NCBI GenBank assembly: GCA_016930365.1
Contig: JAFGGY010000195.1
Location: 4,748 to 68,747 of the forward strand
DNA: 64,000 bases
Source: Prolixibacteraceae bacterium
Lineage (GTDB): Bacteria > Bacteroidota > Bacteroidia > Bacteroidales > Prolixibacteraceae
Direction: 5' to 3'
Positions 61,006 through 64,000 of the stretch are shown here, piece by piece. The notes beneath the pieces are model-generated. The model saw only the letters and a list, made by a program, of their open reading frames with translations. It made no database searches and was not told the DNA's origin. Each line of letters begins with the position of its first letter. The stretch's first letter is position 1. The translations under genes and the position numbers were made by a program.

Positions 61006-61683
61006 ATGGGAAAATTATACATTGTGCCAACGCCAATTGGCAATTTAGACGATATGACCATTCGGGCCATCAATGTGCTTAAAAATGTAGATGTTATTTT
61101 AGCTGAAGATACCCGTACATCTTCAAAACTGCTTCGTCATTTTGAAATACAGAAAAAGCTATTTTCACACCATAAATTTAACGAGCATAAAACATCGGAG
61201 ATGATAGCCGAACGCATCGAAGCAGGCGAAAATGTGGCTTTAATTTCGGATGCAGGAACACCGGGAATTTCCGACCCCGGATTTTTACTGGTTCGCACCT
61301 GTGTCGAAAATGGCGTAGAGGTTGAAACTTTGCCCGGAGCAACTGCATTTGTGCCGGCACTTGTTAATTCGGGCTTGCCCTGTGATAAGTTTTGTTTCGA
61401 AGGCTTCCTGCCCCAAAAAAAAGGCCGCCAAAAACGTTTGAAAGAACTAGCTGAAGAAAAACGAACCATGGTATTTTACGAATCACCCTATCGCTTAATA
61501 AAAGCACTTGAGCAATTTGTCGAATTTTTTGGTGCCGAACGGAATGTTTCGGTAAGCCGCGAAATATCCAAAATTCACGAAGAAACGGTTCGAGGTACCA
61601 TTGTACAGGTGCTTGAGCATTTCAAATCGGCAGCTACTGTAAAAGGCGAAATTGTAATTGTACTCGAAGGATTAAACAAATAA
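61006..61683 (+). CDS. rsmI: 16S rRNA C1402 2'-O-methyltransferase
   Basis: LYIVPTPIGNL.D, AEDTR, SDAGTPGISDPG, FEGFLP, YESPYR, REISK.HEE, KGE. Confidence 0.97.
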   Translation: MGKLYIVPTPIGNLDDMTIRAINVLKNVDVILAEDTRTSSKLLRHFEIQKKLFSHHKFNEHKTSEMIAERIEAGENVALISDAGTPGISDPGFLLVRTCVENGVEVETLPGATAFVPALVNSGLPCDKFCFEGFLPQKKGRQKRLKELAEEKRTMVFYESPYRLIKALEQFVEFFGAERNVSVSREISKIHEETVRGTIVQVLEHFKSAATVKGEIVIVLEGLNK

Positions 61684-61747
61684 TTAAAACCGGCCTGCCT
61701 TTTCTAACGGCTAATTTTCTTTATTTTGCAGCAAACAAAAATGATTT

Positions 61748-62455
61748 ATGCCGAAGTACCGACACTTATTTTTCGACCTCGATAATACGCTTTATAACTT
61801 TGAAGCCAATTCGTACCTGGCCATGAAAAATGCCTTCGAAAAATTGGGGCTGCTTCAGCAACTCGAATCGTTCGAGACGTATTTTTCGGCATACATCGTT
61901 GTAAATGACGCTTTGTGGGCCGATTACCGGCAAAAAAGAATTTCGAAAGAACATTTAAGAGGAAAACGCCATCAGGATTCCCTGATGCAATTTGGCATTG
62001 TTCCCGATTTGCCTTTTACAAAAATCGACGACGTGTATCTTGAAATGATGACTGCACAAACCGAGCTTTTTCCTGATGCTATTGGGGTTTTATCAGTATT
62101 AAAGCAGAAGGGGTATTTCATTCATATTATTACCAACGGATTCAAAGAAGTTCAACACGAAAAGATTCAAAAAACCAGCCTGTCGGAATACATCAACGAT
62201 GTGTACATTTCGGAAGAAATTAAGGCGCCAAAACCATCGCGCGAAATTTTTGAGTATGCCATAAAAAGCAGCAATGCCCGAAAAAGAGAAAGTATTATGA
62301 TTGGCGATTCGTGGGAAAGTGATATTATAGGTGCCAAAAAGTTTGGGATCGACCAGGTGTTTTTTCGTTTAAACAACGAAGCTATCGATTATGGAACATG
62401 GGGTGAACCTACATTTACTATTACTCGTTTAACGGATTTGCTGGATATTTTTTAA
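61748..62455 (+). CDS. yjjG: YjjG-family pyrimidine nucleotidase (HAD)
   Basis: FFDLDNTL, ITNGF..VQ, KP, MIGDS..SDI.GA. Confidence 0.88.
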   Translation: MPKYRHLFFDLDNTLYNFEANSYLAMKNAFEKLGLLQQLESFETYFSAYIVVNDALWADYRQKRISKEHLRGKRHQDSLMQFGIVPDLPFTKIDDVYLEMMTAQTELFPDAIGVLSVLKQKGYFIHIITNGFKEVQHEKIQKTSLSEYINDVYISEEIKAPKPSREIFEYAIKSSNARKRESIMIGDSWESDIIGAKKFGIDQVFFRLNNEAIDYGTWGEPTFTITRLTDLLDIF

Positions 62456-62471
62456 ACTTTTAAAAACGAAA

Positions 62472-62780
62472 ATGAAGAAATTAATTCGATTTATAGTCGT
62501 ATTGTTGATACTGGCTGCTGTGTTGGCCATATTTAAGCCAAGCGAGAGTGATTTTGAGAGCTGGATAAATAACAGCTCATCAAAACAACGGGGAAATGCC
62601 AAAGGCGATAATGTAGTTGAAAAGCTGGTAGATAAAGGTGTAACAACCGCCACACAGGTGCAGGTTTTAAGCACCTATCAATACAGCAACCACTATGTTT
62701 TAGCCAGTGTTAAGGCACGTGCCAACGGCGAAAAGTTGAACTACCTTGGAATTGCAGGTTTTTGGGTTAAGCTTCCTTAG
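62472..62780 (+). CDS. Small membrane-anchored hypothetical protein (DUF4359-like)
   Basis: N-terminal TM then KPS; C-terminal YLGIAG.W. Confidence 0.65.
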   Translation: MKKLIRFIVVLLILAAVLAIFKPSESDFESWINNSSSKQRGNAKGDNVVEKLVDKGVTTATQVQVLSTYQYSNHYVLASVKARANGEKLNYLGIAGFWVKLP

Positions 62781-62842
62781 AATTTTTTATGGTTGAAAGA
62801 TTTATGAGTGCGTCATTTATAATTTTTTTGAACGATTGTACT

Positions 62843-62979
62843 CAATAGTACGTTAGATTTCAGACATGAGATATGAGACTTTGTTTCTAATAAATTAAAT
62901 GTCAGCAACTTAGATGACTTGATTGGCAAAGTGTAGATGGCTCATTGTCAGCGACTTAAAGATATGTAACGAACTATTG
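62843..62979 (+). repeat. MITE-like dispersed repeat, copy E (best-preserved TIRs)
   Basis: CAATAGTACGTTA...TAACGAACTATTG (12/13 inverted match), 137 bp; internal AGATTTC-AGACATG-AGATATG-AGAC heptamers. Confidence 0.85.
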
Positions 62980-63251
62980 GTGCTTTTAATGGGTAGAAGT
63001 CGATTGTTAGTGTTTTTCATCTTACTTGATTGATTAAAGATTGAAATATTCTAAATTCGCTCTCCTAAAACTCAATCTTTTTAGGCTAACAATATGTAAC
63101 ATTTAATATTTTTTCACTCAATACTTGCAGTAGAGCCAATTTTTTTAAGAAAGAGCATGGCATGTAATTTGATAAAAGCACCCGTAAATTCAAATTTAAG
63201 CGATCATTTTATTAGTTTTGTGCGTTAAAATTGATGGTTAACAATTAAAAT

Positions 63252-64000
63252 ATGAGTCTTATGAAATATTTTCTTACCGTAGCTTTTGCATTATTTACAT
63301 TGCTATTAGTTGCTCAACCCAAAATTGAGTTTACCGAAACTGATTACGATTATGGCACAATCAAAGAAGAAGATGGTATCGCGATAGCCAAATTCGAATT
63401 CAAAAACACAGGTGATCAACCACTTATTCTAAACAATGTGCGTGCCACATGTGGATGTACAACCCCAAAATGGACTAAAGCACCTGTATTGCCAGGAAGT
63501 ACCGGCACTATTGAAGCAGGGTACAACCCTAAAAGCAGTCCGGGTGCGTTTGTTAAATCGATTAACGTATATTCAAATACTCAACCGAGTGTAACTGTAT
63601 TAAGAATTAGAGGTACAGTAACACCACGTGAAAAAACAATTGAAGAAAAGTATCCCCGTGCAATGGGAGCTATTCGTATGAAAACAAACTATGTGTCGTT
63701 TGGAAGCATGTTGAATAGTGACGAAAAGACCGACGAACTTCTTTATGTGAATACCTCAGATGAACCAGTAAAAGTTGAAGTTTACCGTTCGCCTGAGCAT
63801 ATTAAAGTTAAGTTTGAACCTAAAACAGTTGAGCCCGGTAAAGAAGGTAAAATGATTATTACCTACGATGCAAGCGGAAAAGACATTTACGGATATGCTT
63901 CCGAACGTATTTACCTTACCATTAATGGCGAAAAGGCCAATACATATTCGGTAGGAACATCGGTAACCATTAAAGAAGATTTTAGCAAGTTGACAGCCGA
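63252..64000 (+). CDS. DUF1573-domain secreted protein (3' partial)
   Basis: Manual translation MSLMKYFLTVAFALFTLLLVAQPKIEF...FKNTGDQPLILNNVRATCGCTTPKWTKAPVLPG; runs off the window. Confidence 0.88.
   Translation, partial: MSLMKYFLTVAFALFTLLLVAQPKIEFTETDYDYGTIKEEDGIAIAKFEFKNTGDQPLILNNVRATCGCTTPKWTKAPVLPGSTGTIEAGYNPKSSPGAFVKSINVYSNTQPSVTVLRIRGTVTPREKTIEEKYPRAMGAIRMKTNYVSFGSMLNSDEKTDELLYVNTSDEPVKVEVYRSPEHIKVKFEPKTVEPGKEGKMIITYDASGKDIYGYASERIYLTINGEKANTYSVGTSVTIKEDFSKLTA

Noticed and set aside
21278-62455. Nucleotide-metabolism genes (mazG, dNK, ung, pyrH, tdk, yjjG) as a defence cluster
   Set aside because: Scattered canonical housekeeping versions in separate transcription units.

Overview
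A 64 kb chromosomal segment from a Bacteroidota bacterium, inferred from the gene content (T9SS genes, SusC/SusD, MurF-Alr fusion) and TAnnTTTG-type promoters. The left end holds a T9SS/gliding core operon (porP/sprF-gldK-gldL-gldM-gldN) plus a second gldK paralog, then topA, a class A PBP, a CotH kinase and an ECF sigma module. The middle holds mazG, a deoxynucleoside kinase, GH3, cvpA, a GNAT + PLP racemase pair, a T9SS-cargo/two-component operon, a DUF4294-like pseudogene, a core xylan PUL (SusC-SusD-SGBP-CBM-interrupted GH10) and a Crp/serine hydrolase/S41 module. The right end is mostly housekeeping (ung, tyrS, pyrH, ppa, murF-alr, tdk, rsmI, yjjG). I saw no rRNA, tRNA, CRISPR array or transposase. 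Three non-coding signals stand out. (1) A ~190-nt highly structured leader with switch-like alternative pairings and a terminator sits directly upstream of an AT-rich two-gene orphan cassette (45920-47506). (2) A ~135-bp MITE-like repeat with 13-bp terminal inverted repeats and internal 7-8-bp tandem units occurs five times. (3) Two divergent GC-rich long-hairpin elements share the same internal motifs.
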